Of a DNA stretch of 64,000 nt, positions 1 to 9,526 are shown piece by piece. The position numbers were made by a program, and so were the translations under genes. Position 1 is the stretch's first letter. Every line of letters starts with the position of its first letter. The notes beneath the pieces are model-generated. The model made no database searches. It saw nothing but the letters and a program-made list of their open reading frames with translations, and had not been told where the DNA came from. This DNA is from Chthoniobacterales bacterium (GTDB lineage: Bacteria; Verrucomicrobiota; Verrucomicrobiia; Chthoniobacterales; JAATET01), in contig DATCRI010000088.1 in the NCBI GenBank assembly GCA_036569045.1, positions 20,115 to 84,114 of the forward strand, given 5' to 3'.

Positions 1-1104
1 CGCGATGAGGAGGTGCTTCTCGGAAGCGTGGGGACGGAACAGTGGCTTGTAAAGGCTGCGGATGGCGATGCCGACATTTTTATTGAGGCCCGCGTCCATG
101 CTTGTCACCGTGGCGCCAAGCATTCCCGAGAGTAACAGCCCAAGGAGCCCCTGCGGCATCACGTCCATGGCGACCGCAAGAAACGCGGCCTCATGAGGCT
201 GCTTGAGGGCGGGAAATTCGGCGGCGAGATTGGGATGCAGAATCGTGGCGGCCATCGGAGGGATGAACCAAATCAAGGGGCCGATAATGGTGCCGACCAG
301 AGGGATGATCACCATGCGGCGCGCATCTCGATCACTGCGCGTCATGAGATACATCGTCGAGCGCTCCATGTTGTTCTCGTCGGAAAACTTGAGCCAGAGG
401 TTGGCCAGGATCCAGACGAGGAGGATCTCCGGCCGCGCCGAGCCGCTCCAATCGAAATGATTTGCGGGCGCTTTGTCGATCAGGCCGGTCAATCCGCCGA
501 TCTGGGGAAGTGCGAGCACCAGGACGGCGGTGCAGATCGTGATGGTGACGATGAGAAATGCCTGAACGAAGTCGCTCGCGAGGACGGCCCAGGAGCCGCC
601 CGCAAAGGCCACCAAAGTGACGACCGCTCCGAGCACCACCAGCATGATAGACATGTCGATCTTGAAGACCGCGGACATGAAGACGCCGATGGCATTGAGC
701 GAAATGGCCGAGAAAAGCAGAAGCAGCGGAAGCTTGATCCAGGTATAAAATTGCTCCGTGGCCGGACCGTAACGAATGCGAACAGCCTCCATCCACGTAA
801 TCACGCGCATGCGGCGAAAACGAACACAGGTGACCCACATCGCGAAGGCCAGCGCCACCACCGACGAGTAAAAGACCACCAGCACGAGAGTGCCGGATTC
901 GTAGATCTTGCCCGCGGCACCGGTGAAGGTCCACGCGCTGAAGCTGAAGATCCAGGCGGACGCACCGGTCAACCACCAGGGCATGGCGCCGCCAGCGCGG
1001 AAATAGTCCGACGTGTTCTTGCTCATCCCGCGGAACATGACGCCGATCGCGAGCATGAAGACGAAGTAAAACGCGATGATGAAATAGTCGTAACCGTTGA
1101 TCAT
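1..1104 (-). CDS. Sodium:solute symporter (SSF) family transporter; C-terminal part cut off by the window edge
   Basis: Not in the ORF track because its stop lies outside the window. My translation of the minus strand from the ATG (rc of 1102-1104) reads MINGYDYFIIAFYFVFMLAIGVMFRGMSKNTSDYFRAGGAMPWWLTGASAWIFSFSAWTFTGAAGKIY... The frame stays open to base 1 and is rich in hydrophobic helices. The N-terminus is SSF-like. Confidence 0.8.
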   Translation of the reverse strand, partial: MINGYDYFIIAFYFVFMLAIGVMFRGMSKNTSDYFRAGGAMPWWLTGASAWIFSFSAWTFTGAAGKIYESGTLVLVVFYSSVVALAFAMWVTCVRFRRMRVITWMEAVRIRYGPATEQFYTWIKLPLLLLFSAISLNAIGVFMSAVFKIDMSIMLVVLGAVVTLVAFAGGSWAVLASDFVQAFLIVTITICTAVLVLALPQIGGLTGLIDKAPANHFDWSGSARPEILLVWILANLWLKFSDENNMERSTMYLMTRSDRDARRMVIIPLVGTIIGPLIWFIPPMAATILHPNLAAEFPALKQPHEAAFLAVAMDVMPQGLLGLLLSGMLGATVTSMDAGLNKNVGIAIRSLYKPLFRPHASEKHLLIA

Positions 1105-1737
1105 GAGAAAAATGCGCTGAACGAACGAGGTGTTACTTCACGGAAGCTTCTGCAGGGGATCCCCAGACCACAGATCAGCCGCAGAGCCACAGAGAAGGGG
1201 AGGGTGGGACGAATGTGTGGCCCGGGCGTGCATCTTTTGGAGAGAGTCGACGAGAGTTCCACGGATCCGCTCGATTTGCACATGCAGGAGAAGGTTACAC
1301 TGTAAAATTGGCCCCTCCATCGCCCGGTTCACGCCTGCGGGTTTTCGCTGGCGCCAGGCGAGCTCTCGGGGAGGCAGGAGCGAATGCGTGAGATTATGAT
1401 CGCCGGAGCGCCGAGTCCAACTCATGAAGTGGGTTTTTCGGGGAAATTTTCATGATTCGGCTGCCCCCACGAGTGAGATCCCCATCCGGGAACTCCGAAT
1501 GAGGGAGGGAGAGTTAACAGTGAAAATGTCAAAAACCTCCGAGGCGAGGGACCTGTGCCTAGTCTGGGAGGTCGACGGAGAGGACGGCAGCGAGTTCGAA
1601 TCTTCCATCCACGTGAAATCGAATGTCGGGTTTCCCCGACCGGCGATCTTCAAAGACCATGGATGGGATTTCGAAATATCTCATCCCCCTGTCCGCCCCG
1701 AGCACCATTCATTAAATTTCAGGAAAGGCCGATCGTC

Positions 1738-2826
1738 ATGCGTTTTACTCCCGGGGAAATCTGGCCAGACAACCAAGGCGTCCCGATCAATGCTCACGGA
1801 GCGGGATTTCTCTGGCATCAAGGGGTCTGCTATTGGTTCGGAGAGCATAAGATCGAAGGTGCGGCAGGCAACCGTGCGCAAGTTGGCGTGCATGTCTATT
1901 CCTCTCGAAATCTTTACGAGTGGACGGACGAGGGAATTGCTTTGACGGTCTCGGACGATCCGCAAAGTGAGATTGCGCGAGGATGCATTCTCGAGCGGCC
2001 GAAGGTCATCCATTGTGAAGCGACCGGTCAGTTCGTCATGTGGTTCCATCTCGAGCCAAACGGAATGGGCTATTCGGGCGCGAGAAGTGGTGTTGCGACC
2101 TCCCCGACGGTCACGGGTCCCTACACGTTTCTCAAAAGCCTGCGGCCAAACGCCGGAGTCTGGCCTGAAAATGTGCCGGTGGAACAGCGGCGAGCGCTCG
2201 ATAGCGAAGAATCGACGAGGCTTGGTCAAATGCCACTCGAAGGAGGGCCTGTGCCGTATTATCCCAAAGATCTCCTTTTTCGCCGCGACTTTGAAGGCGG
2301 GCAGATGGCACGGGATATGACCCTCTTCGTGGACGACGACGGCGCCGCTTATCACATCTACTCTTCGGAGGGGAATGGAACGCTGCACATTTCCCTGCTG
2401 GCAGACGATTATCTGAGCCCGGCTGGACGCTATATCCGCATTTTTCCCGGTCGCTTTCATGAAGCCCCGGCGATGATGAAGCGGAATGGAAGGTATTTCC
2501 TGATCACCTCTGATTGCACCGGTTGGGCTCCAAACTCTGCCCGGGTATCGGTGGCGGATTCCATCTGGGGGCCTTGGGAGGAAATGGGAAATCCGTGTTT
2601 GGGGCCGGGATCCTCGATTGCCAACACCTTTGAATCCCAGGGAACTTACATCCTTCCTGTGATGGGCCGCGAGGATGCCTACATCTTTGTTGCCGATCGG
2701 TGGCGCCCTCAGAACGCCATCGATGGACGTTACGTCTGGCTCCCCATCGAGTTTTTGCACGGCGCGCCGACGATTCGCTGGCGGGAGGAGTGGGATTTGA
2801 CCGAGTGGGACAAGGATCCCGCATAA
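1738..2826 (+). CDS. Glycoside hydrolase family 43-like protein (cytoplasmic, no signal peptide)
   Basis: Track ORF 1555..2826. I place the start at ATG 1738, preceded by aggaaagg. The upstream extension is Arg-rich junk. The sequence MRFTPGEIWPDNQGVPINAHGAGFLWHQGVCYWFGEHK...YSSRNLYEWTDEG...LERPKVIH looks like a GH43 five-bladed propeller. Confidence 0.75.
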   Translation: MRFTPGEIWPDNQGVPINAHGAGFLWHQGVCYWFGEHKIEGAAGNRAQVGVHVYSSRNLYEWTDEGIALTVSDDPQSEIARGCILERPKVIHCEATGQFVMWFHLEPNGMGYSGARSGVATSPTVTGPYTFLKSLRPNAGVWPENVPVEQRRALDSEESTRLGQMPLEGGPVPYYPKDLLFRRDFEGGQMARDMTLFVDDDGAAYHIYSSEGNGTLHISLLADDYLSPAGRYIRIFPGRFHEAPAMMKRNGRYFLITSDCTGWAPNSARVSVADSIWGPWEEMGNPCLGPGSSIANTFESQGTYILPVMGREDAYIFVADRWRPQNAIDGRYVWLPIEFLHGAPTIRWREEWDLTEWDKDPA

Positions 2827-3016
2827 GCTCCCGTCAGGAATTCAGAGCGAAGCAAGCTCTCGGAATCTTTTCGCAGTCGATCTCCCCGTGACGACTCGAA
2901 ACGCCTCGGGCGAAACGGGAGATTTTGGGCCTGTTTCCCGGAGCTTTCGCCGCTATTCATGAAAGCTGTGATCCCGTCTCCCCGCGAAGGCCCGGGTTCC
3001 TGACCTCCGGCGTTTC

Positions 3017-3913
3017 ATGATTCTGACTGCTCGAGTCTGCTCCATCGTCATTCGCACTTACAACGAGGTGCGCTATCTCGAGAGCGGGCTGAGCGCGGTC
3101 GCCGCGCAGACCTGGCCCGCGGAGCGTCGAGAGGTGATTGTCGTCGATTCCGGTTCCGACGACGGCACGTTGGAAGTTGCGGCGCGGCACGGCTGCCGGA
3201 TCGTCGGGATTCGCCGCGAGGATTTTTCGTTCGGGCGATCACTCAACTTGGGCTGCGATGTGGCGAGGGGGGATTTTCTCGTATTTGTCAGCGGACATTG
3301 CGTGCCCTGCAACCCTCGCTGGCTGGAGGAGCTCGTGCAGCCTTTTGCGGACGAAAAGGTCGCGGTGACTTACGGCCGCCAGGTCGGCGGACCCGAGACG
3401 AAGTTCAGCGAGCACGTGCTCTTCGAGAAATACTTCCCCGCGCATCGGTCCTCGGGACAGGCGCCGTTTTTCTGCAACAATGCGAACGCCGCTTTCCGCC
3501 GATCGGCGTGGGCGATGCATCGCTTCGATGAGTCGCTGACCGGGCTCGAGGACATGCGTCTCGCGCGAGTCCTCGTCGAGAGCGGTCGGCACGTGCGATA
3601 CGCGCCTCGGGCCGCCGTCTTTCACTACCACCACGAAACTTGGGCCCAGGTGCTTCGACGCTATGAGCGTGAAGCCATCGCCCTGCATCGCATCATGCCC
3701 GAGGTCCATGTCCATTGGCACGACGCGGTGCGCTATTTCGCGGCTGGCGTGCTGGGAGACATGGCGCTGGCTTTGTCGAAACGGCAGCTTTTCCACAAGC
3801 TGCCCGAGATCGTTGCCTTTCGAGCCTGCCAGTATTATGGCGCGTGGCGGGGGAATCATGCGCACCGCGAACTCTCGCGTCGGGAAAAGGAGCGTTATTT
3901 CTTTCCGAAGTGA
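3017..3913 (+). CDS. Glycosyltransferase family 2 (soluble)
   Basis: CSIVIRTYNEVRYLESGL...VIVVDSGSDDGTLEVA...FLVFVSGHCVP is a GT2 Rossmann-like N-terminus with DxD-type acidic motifs. ATG start verified. Confidence 0.8.
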   Translation: MILTARVCSIVIRTYNEVRYLESGLSAVAAQTWPAERREVIVVDSGSDDGTLEVAARHGCRIVGIRREDFSFGRSLNLGCDVARGDFLVFVSGHCVPCNPRWLEELVQPFADEKVAVTYGRQVGGPETKFSEHVLFEKYFPAHRSSGQAPFFCNNANAAFRRSAWAMHRFDESLTGLEDMRLARVLVESGRHVRYAPRAAVFHYHHETWAQVLRRYEREAIALHRIMPEVHVHWHDAVRYFAAGVLGDMALALSKRQLFHKLPEIVAFRACQYYGAWRGNHAHRELSRREKERYFFPK

Positions 3914-3982
3914 AATTCCTGCTTCCTTACGACAAGATCGCTTTGCGAGCCGCAATGCGGAATTTTTGACCAAATCCCTCCA

Positions 3983-5038
3983 ATGAAAGAGCCGAACTTC
4001 AGCGACATCGACCGGCAGATCGAGATCGACTTCCTCCGCGCCACGGAAGCTGCCGCATTGAACACCCTGCATTGGCTGGGGAAAGGGGAAAAGGAAGAGG
4101 CCGACAAGGCGGCCTGCGACGCGATCCGCGGCATGTTCGACTTGATCGATATCCAGGGCGAGGTGGTCATCGGCGAAGGCATCAAGGACGAAGCGCCGGG
4201 GCTCTTCAAGGGTGAGAAGGTCGGGACCTGGCGTCCCGATAGCCCCCGATATGCGGTGGCCCTGGATCCGGTGGACGGCACCACCAACGTGAGCAAGGGG
4301 ATGCCCAATTCGATCAGTTGCATCGCCGCCGCGCCGATCGTGGAAGGGATGCCGAGCCTTCAGGACATTCCGGCGTTTTACATGAAGAAGCTCGCCTACC
4401 CGCTGCAGGTGCGAAAGGCGTGGATGGCGGATCCGTCGCTTCCCATCGATATCGACGCTCCGATTGGAGAGGTCATCGATGTGACGGCCCGCATTCTTGG
4501 CAAGGAAGTCCGGGACGTGGTGGTTTGCGTGCTGGATCGCCCGCGCAATCAGGAGTTGATCGATGACATTCGTCGAAAAGGGGCGGCCCTTCGAATGATC
4601 GTCGACGGAGATATCGCCGCCGCGCTCGCTCCGGCGATGAAGACTTCCAACATCAATCTCTACGCGGGCATCGGTGGAGCGCCCGAGGCGATCCTGTCGG
4701 CGGCGGCGTTGCGCTGCCTTGGGGGAGGAATGCGAGCCAAGATCTGGCCGCGGGACGCCGCGGAGCGTGATTCACTCGTCGCGGAAGGATGGGGCGATCA
4801 GATGGACAAGCAGTTCATGTCGAAGGATCTGGCCCGCGGGGACAATATCATCTTTGCGGCCACGGGAATCAGCCACAGCCCGCTTCTGGAGGGGGTCGAA
4901 GTGGATGGCACCATTGCGACGACTCACTCCGTGCTGATGCGTTCGCGGACGGGAACCGTCCGGTTTGTGAAAGCTCTCCACAATCTCGAACGCAAGACGG
5001 TCCGCCTGCGATCGACGCAGGCCGAGAGCAGATTCTAA
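3983..5038 (+). CDS. glpX: Fructose-1,6-bisphosphatase class II
   Basis: IEIDFLRATEAAALNTLHWLGKGEKEEADKAACDAIRGMF...ALDPVDGTTNVSKGMPNSISCIAAA matches the conserved GlpX family pattern. Confidence 0.9.
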   Translation: MKEPNFSDIDRQIEIDFLRATEAAALNTLHWLGKGEKEEADKAACDAIRGMFDLIDIQGEVVIGEGIKDEAPGLFKGEKVGTWRPDSPRYAVALDPVDGTTNVSKGMPNSISCIAAAPIVEGMPSLQDIPAFYMKKLAYPLQVRKAWMADPSLPIDIDAPIGEVIDVTARILGKEVRDVVVCVLDRPRNQELIDDIRRKGAALRMIVDGDIAAALAPAMKTSNINLYAGIGGAPEAILSAAALRCLGGGMRAKIWPRDAAERDSLVAEGWGDQMDKQFMSKDLARGDNIIFAATGISHSPLLEGVEVDGTIATTHSVLMRSRTGTVRFVKALHNLERKTVRLRSTQAESRF

Positions 5039-5113
5039 GAGGCGGTTCGGCTTTCCTGGAGGATGTGCTCGCGATGCGCGATGCTCCGGGCGGAAGCGAT
5101 TGAAAACGAAATC

Positions 5114-5917
5114 ATGCCAGAGTTAGCGGAAGTCGATCTCGCGCGACGGTTGTGGGATGTCGCGATTGGCGAGCGGGTGGTGGAGGTGATTGTGCCGAAG
5201 CCGCATGCGCGCGTGTTTCGCGGGACGGATGTCGCAGCGATGCAGGCCGGGCTTGCCGGGCAGCGAGTGGCGGCGTCCGAGGCGAGCGGAAAGCAGATGG
5301 TTTTTCGCTTCGGCGTGAAGGCGGATCGCTGGTTGGGAATTCATCTCGGCATGGAGGGTGACCTGCGCGTGGAAGCGTCTCGATTCGAGCCGCGGAAGCA
5401 CGACTACCTGATCCTTCGGCAGGCGAAGCGGTCGCTCGTGTATCACGATACGCGGTTGTTCGGGCGGGTGTTGTTTCACCGGGGGCTGGATGTGCCGGAG
5501 TGGTGGGCAAAGCTCCCGCCGTCGATTTTTTCGGAGGCGTTCACGCGCGACGCGGTCGCGGAATTTCTGCTTCGGCGCAAGGGGATGGCGCTGAAGCCGC
5601 TGTTGCTGATGCAGGAGCGGTTCCCGGGCGTCGGAAACTGGATGGCGGACGAGATTCTCTGGCGGGCGAAGCTTCATCCCTCGCGGCGCGCGGGAGAGTT
5701 GTCGCCGGCGGAGATCACGCGATTGCATCGAACGGTGCGCGAGGTGTGCCGGCTGGCGATCGAGCAGATCGGGCCGGATTGGGGTTATCCGGACACATGG
5801 CTTTTTGGGCACCGCTGGGAGAAAGGCGGGGCTTGTCCGCGCTGCGGCGTGGATCTCGATCGTGCGCAGATTGGCGGGCGGACGACGTGCTGGTGCCCGC
5901 GATGCCAGCCGCGGTGA
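5114..5917 (+). CDS. mutM: Formamidopyrimidine-DNA glycosylase (Fpg/Nei family)
   Basis: The start MPELAEV carries the catalytic Pro2/Glu3. The C-terminal zinc finger is CPRCGVDLDRAQIGGRTTCWCPRCQ. The track ORF starts 51 nt earlier; ATG 5114 chosen. Confidence 0.88.
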   Translation: MPELAEVDLARRLWDVAIGERVVEVIVPKPHARVFRGTDVAAMQAGLAGQRVAASEASGKQMVFRFGVKADRWLGIHLGMEGDLRVEASRFEPRKHDYLILRQAKRSLVYHDTRLFGRVLFHRGLDVPEWWAKLPPSIFSEAFTRDAVAEFLLRRKGMALKPLLLMQERFPGVGNWMADEILWRAKLHPSRRAGELSPAEITRLHRTVREVCRLAIEQIGPDWGYPDTWLFGHRWEKGGACPRCGVDLDRAQIGGRTTCWCPRCQPR

Positions 5918-5969
5918 GGGCTGCGTGAATTGCATTGGCGCGGAGGCGGGAATTCCGCAAGGTGCGGGG

Positions 5970-6464
5970 ATGAAGTCGTTGTTGCTCGCGATGGTTCTCG
6001 GTGTCGGATTTCTCCTCGGCGGATGCGCCACTTCCGGCTCGAACACTTCGGCGGGTTCGCCGGCCTATTTGCAGACGCTCGTCGCGAAGCAGGTCGCTCC
6101 GGCGACGTTGCAGAGAATCCGCGCAGGGCGGGTGCTTTCCTTCGGTGACGTGCTCGAGCTCGTAAAGCGTGGTGTGCCGGGTGACAAGATCGTGGCCTAT
6201 CTGCGGAGCACTCGGGCTCCCTACAATTTCACCCAGGCGCAGATCAATGGGCTGTTGAATGCGGGGGCGGACAGCACGCTGATCAATTACGTGGGCCGCT
6301 CGGCGGGCGATTTTCTCGTCGATGCGCAGGACGCGCAGCAGCAGGCGGAGCTGCGGCAGAACGCGAAGTGGCAGAAGGAATCCTGGAACAATCCGTATTT
6401 CACCGATCCGGGATTCTGGGGGCCGGCGCCGTTCCCCTACGCATTTCCGGGCGAGTTTTATTAG
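5970..6464 (+). CDS. Lipoprotein of unknown function
   Basis: MKSLLLAMVLGVGFLLGGCATSG has a signal peptide and a lipobox (LLGGC). ATG 5970 lies inside track ORF 5805..6464. The C-terminus is aromatic/Pro rich (WNNPYFTDPGFWGPAPFPYAFPGEFY). Confidence 0.7.
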   Translation: MKSLLLAMVLGVGFLLGGCATSGSNTSAGSPAYLQTLVAKQVAPATLQRIRAGRVLSFGDVLELVKRGVPGDKIVAYLRSTRAPYNFTQAQINGLLNAGADSTLINYVGRSAGDFLVDAQDAQQQAELRQNAKWQKESWNNPYFTDPGFWGPAPFPYAFPGEFY

Positions 6465-7591
6465 GCCAGCCCGAGCGCAGGACCGGCAGGGCGGGCGTGG
6501 CGGAAGCCGGCAAGCTCGGCGTCGAGTGGCAGACCGCGGGAGAGGGCGAGGTATTTGAACTGCGTGCCCATGGTTTCGGGATGCAGCAACGTCTTCATGG
6601 CGCGGAGATCGGCGTCGCGTCCCGCCGAAGGGGAAAGGGTTTCCATCGCGAAAAGCAAGGGCGTGGCCGCGCCGACGAGGAAATGGTATTGGTCCGTGAA
6701 GCCGGCGAGTTCGAAGCCGGCAGCCTGTCCCGCCTCGGCGAGGTCGGTGAAATCGACATGCGCGGTGAGGTCTTTTTCCCCGGGGGCGTCGAGCGGATCG
6801 TCGTCGCGTCGGTGGGTGCGGTAGCCGGAGAGGGTGCCCTTCGCGCGCCACGGCGCGTAGAGCTGTTCGCGAGGGAAGCCGTAGTCAACGACGAGCATGA
6901 CGCCGCGGACGAGTTTTTCCGCGACGGCGGCGATCCATGGCCCGGCCTCCGGGCGCACCTCGGCGAGGTAGGGCTCGGGCCATCCCGGCGGGAGGATGGA
7001 GGGGACATCGGAGCAGACCCGGTCGTCGAAGGCGAGGGCGTCATCCTTCACGACGACGTGCCGTTCGAGCCAGGCGCCTTCGCTCCGCGAGAAGATGCGC
7101 ACGGGCAGGGCGTCGGCGTATTCGTTCGTGAAATGCACGCCGGTGAATGGGGGGAGCGATTCGAGATCGGGGAACCAGCGAACGCGATCGGCGTGGGCGG
7201 CGAGGGTGATCCGTTGGGCGGCGACGAGGGCGGGAAAAGGCTCGACGAGGGTGACGCGAATGGCGCGGGCGCATTCGGGACTGTCGGTGGCGAGAGCTTC
7301 CAGCACGTCCGCGGCGAGGCGGCCGTCATTTGCGCCCTGCTCGACGAAATCGAAGGGCGCGGGGCGATCGAGAAGTTCCCAGATCTCCGCGACCTGCGCG
7401 GCAATGACGCGGCCGAACATGCGACCAACGCTCACGTTCGTGTAGAAGTCGCCGTCGCGGCCGATGCGGGCGCGACCGGTGGCGTAGTAGCCGTCCGTCG
7501 GGTCGAACAGCGCGCTCGCCATGAAGGCGTCGAAGCGCAGTGGTCCGTGGGCGACGATCCCGGCTTTCAACCGGTCGACAAGCGTGGTCAC
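6461..7591 (-). CDS. MidA/NDUFAF7-family (DUF185) SAM-dependent methyltransferase
   Basis: GPLRFDAFMASALFDPTDGYYATGRARIGRDGDFYTNVSVGRMFGRVIA...FVEQGANDGRLAADVL is the family pattern. No ATG lies upstream of the conserved N-terminus. GTG 7591 forms a GTGA overlap with the upstream stop. TTG 7567 is an alternative start. Confidence 0.8.
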   Translation of the reverse strand: MTTLVDRLKAGIVAHGPLRFDAFMASALFDPTDGYYATGRARIGRDGDFYTNVSVGRMFGRVIAAQVAEIWELLDRPAPFDFVEQGANDGRLAADVLEALATDSPECARAIRVTLVEPFPALVAAQRITLAAHADRVRWFPDLESLPPFTGVHFTNEYADALPVRIFSRSEGAWLERHVVVKDDALAFDDRVCSDVPSILPPGWPEPYLAEVRPEAGPWIAAVAEKLVRGVMLVVDYGFPREQLYAPWRAKGTLSGYRTHRRDDDPLDAPGEKDLTAHVDFTDLAEAGQAAGFELAGFTDQYHFLVGAATPLLFAMETLSPSAGRDADLRAMKTLLHPETMGTQFKYLALSRGLPLDAELAGFRHARPAGPALGLA

Positions 7592-9081
7592 TCCGTGATG
7601 ACTTCGCGAACGTAGATGTTCACCTGGCCGTCGGAGGTCTGCTTCACGTTGGTGACCTGGAAGGGACGATCGGAGCCGCGTCGGACGGTGCTGCCCTGCT
7701 CGGGCGGGCGGGCATTTGTCGGGAATTGCACGACGACGCGGGTATTCGGAGCGGCGTCGGGATCGCTCGAGTCGCTGCGGAGAACGGCGCTGTTGCCGAC
7801 CGAGGCGGTGACGGTGAAGTCGCCGCGCAGGTAGAGGCGCTCGCTGGCAAGATCGGCGGTGCCGAGGTTGCGGGCGGCCTTCATGCCGAGCAGGCGACCG
7901 CGGGGCATGGCGCCGGGCTTGAAGGTCTGCCATTTGCCGCTGGTCGTGCTGGCCACGGCCGTCGCGCCGGAGCCGTTGAAGGGCTTGAGCGGCACGTCGG
8001 TGCCGACGGTTTGGGCATTCGCGACGGCGGTGGGAGGCGGCGTCGTGCCGTTGACGGGAATGGCGCGGGCGACGGGCGGCTCGGTGGGGGCCGGGGTGGC
8101 CGCCGTGGGAGGCGTGGAAGCCGGGGAACTCGCCGGTTGCGCGACGGCGACTGCCGGGGCGGGAGTCTCGCCGGCCATGTTCGTGGCGGGACGCACGGGC
8201 ATGAGGGCGTTGGCCGGGGTGGGGGCGGGCGCGTTGGCGGCACCGGGGTTGGCGAGTTTCCGGCGATAGCTCGCGTAGCGCTGGTCGGCTTCAGTAACTT
8301 TGGCCGGGGGCACGACCGGGAGGCCGGCTTCGACGTTCAGGGTGGGCGGCGGCAGCAGCGAAAATCCGCCGGGGCCCTGGGTGGCGGTGTAGTCGGGATA
8401 CTGAATCGGGATGGTCGTGAATTTCAGACGGCCGTCGGCGAGTTTCTCGACATGGATGATTGGCGAGAGGCTGTTCGTATTCCCGAGACGAAGGATGGGA
8501 ATCTCGACGCCGGTGAGCAGGCTGCGATGCAGGGGCGGCACCATGTTGGCGTCGGTCGTGAAGATGTCTTCGATGATGACCTGCGGCAGCTGGGAATCCT
8601 GCGCGACCGCGACGACGCCAGACTGGAAGAAGTCGCTGTCGGTGAGTTGGTAGGAGTCGAGAATGTTGAATCGACCGACGATGTAGGGCACGAGGCCGTC
8701 GACGTTGTCGTAGTTGCGGATGTAGTCGCGCAGGAGCTTGTGGCTCTCCTTCTCGAGCTGGCGCGGCGTCATCTGGCCGTAACGCTCGAGGAGTTTTTTC
8801 GCGGTCAGGAATTCGCCTTTCGGCGCCGCCAATTCGGAAAAGCGCTTCGGCGCCTCGAGCTTCTTGAACTTGTGCAGCACGGAGTAGCCGAGCGGCTCCT
8901 CCGGATGGCCGAAGATGTAGAGCGTGCCCATCCAGCAAAGCGCAACGAGGCCGATGAGCAGCAGGATGAAAATCGTCCAGCCGAAGAGGCCGCCGTCGCC
9001 CTTGGGCTTTGCGTCGCGTTCGCCGAAGCCATCGCGGTTTGAACGACGGCGGGGTGAGGAACCTGAATACCGTTCGGCCAT
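7588..9081 (-). CDS. Single-pass membrane protein of unknown function with a Pro/Ala/Thr-rich linker
   Basis: Begins MAERYSGSSPRRRS...GLFGWTIFILLLIGLVALCWMGTLYIFG (TM helix). A globular domain follows, then a long PAPTPA linker and a beta-rich C-terminal domain. The ATG at 9081 shares one base with the upstream TGA (TGATG). Confidence 0.7.
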   Translation of the reverse strand: MAERYSGSSPRRRSNRDGFGERDAKPKGDGGLFGWTIFILLLIGLVALCWMGTLYIFGHPEEPLGYSVLHKFKKLEAPKRFSELAAPKGEFLTAKKLLERYGQMTPRQLEKESHKLLRDYIRNYDNVDGLVPYIVGRFNILDSYQLTDSDFFQSGVVAVAQDSQLPQVIIEDIFTTDANMVPPLHRSLLTGVEIPILRLGNTNSLSPIIHVEKLADGRLKFTTIPIQYPDYTATQGPGGFSLLPPPTLNVEAGLPVVPPAKVTEADQRYASYRRKLANPGAANAPAPTPANALMPVRPATNMAGETPAPAVAVAQPASSPASTPPTAATPAPTEPPVARAIPVNGTTPPPTAVANAQTVGTDVPLKPFNGSGATAVASTTSGKWQTFKPGAMPRGRLLGMKAARNLGTADLASERLYLRGDFTVTASVGNSAVLRSDSSDPDAAPNTRVVVQFPTNARPPEQGSTVRRGSDRPFQVTNVKQTSDGQVNIYVREVITE

Positions 9082-9428
9082 CAGTGCGTGGAGTGCGCCT
9101 CGGAGGCGGGCTCGAACGAAGTGCCGCAGCCGCAGCTGCGCACGGCGCGGGGATTCACGATGCGGAAGCCCGCGCCGGCGAGGTCGTCGGTATAGTCGAG
9201 GGTGCATTCATCGAGATGCGTGAGACTCTCGGGATCGAGAAAGACCCGGGCGCCGTGTTCCTCGCAAACGAGATCCGTTTCCTGTCGGTTGCCGATTTCC
9301 ATGCCATATTGCAGCCCGGCGCAGCCGCCTTTCTCGATGGAAAGGCGCAATCCCTGCGTCTCGGAGAGCGCCCGCTCGGCCGCGAGGCTTCGCAGTTGTT
9401 CCGCCGCGCTTTCGGTAATATGAAGCAT
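9081..9428 (-). CDS. HesB/IscA/ErpA-family iron-sulfur cluster insertion protein
   Basis: MLHITESAAEQLRSL...LRLSIEKGGCAGLQYGM...NPRAVRSCGCGTSF carries the canonical Cys...CGC ligands. Confidence 0.9.
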   Translation of the reverse strand: MLHITESAAEQLRSLAAERALSETQGLRLSIEKGGCAGLQYGMEIGNRQETDLVCEEHGARVFLDPESLTHLDECTLDYTDDLAGAGFRIVNPRAVRSCGCGTSFEPASEAHSTH

Positions 9429-9526
9429 GAGGCAGTTTTATGGGTGGTCAGGCACGAAGTCAAATGATGCGAGCAGGCGCGGATGGGAACATCCCGGGCG
9501 GCGCGCGTGCGTGGGCCGATTAGGCG

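Noticed and set aside
1424-1945. 173-aa plus-strand ORF in the SSF/GH43 intergenic region
   Set aside because: It runs 208 nt into GH43 in another frame and has no recognisable domain. It is kept only as a possible short leader ORF in the finding on the intergenic region.
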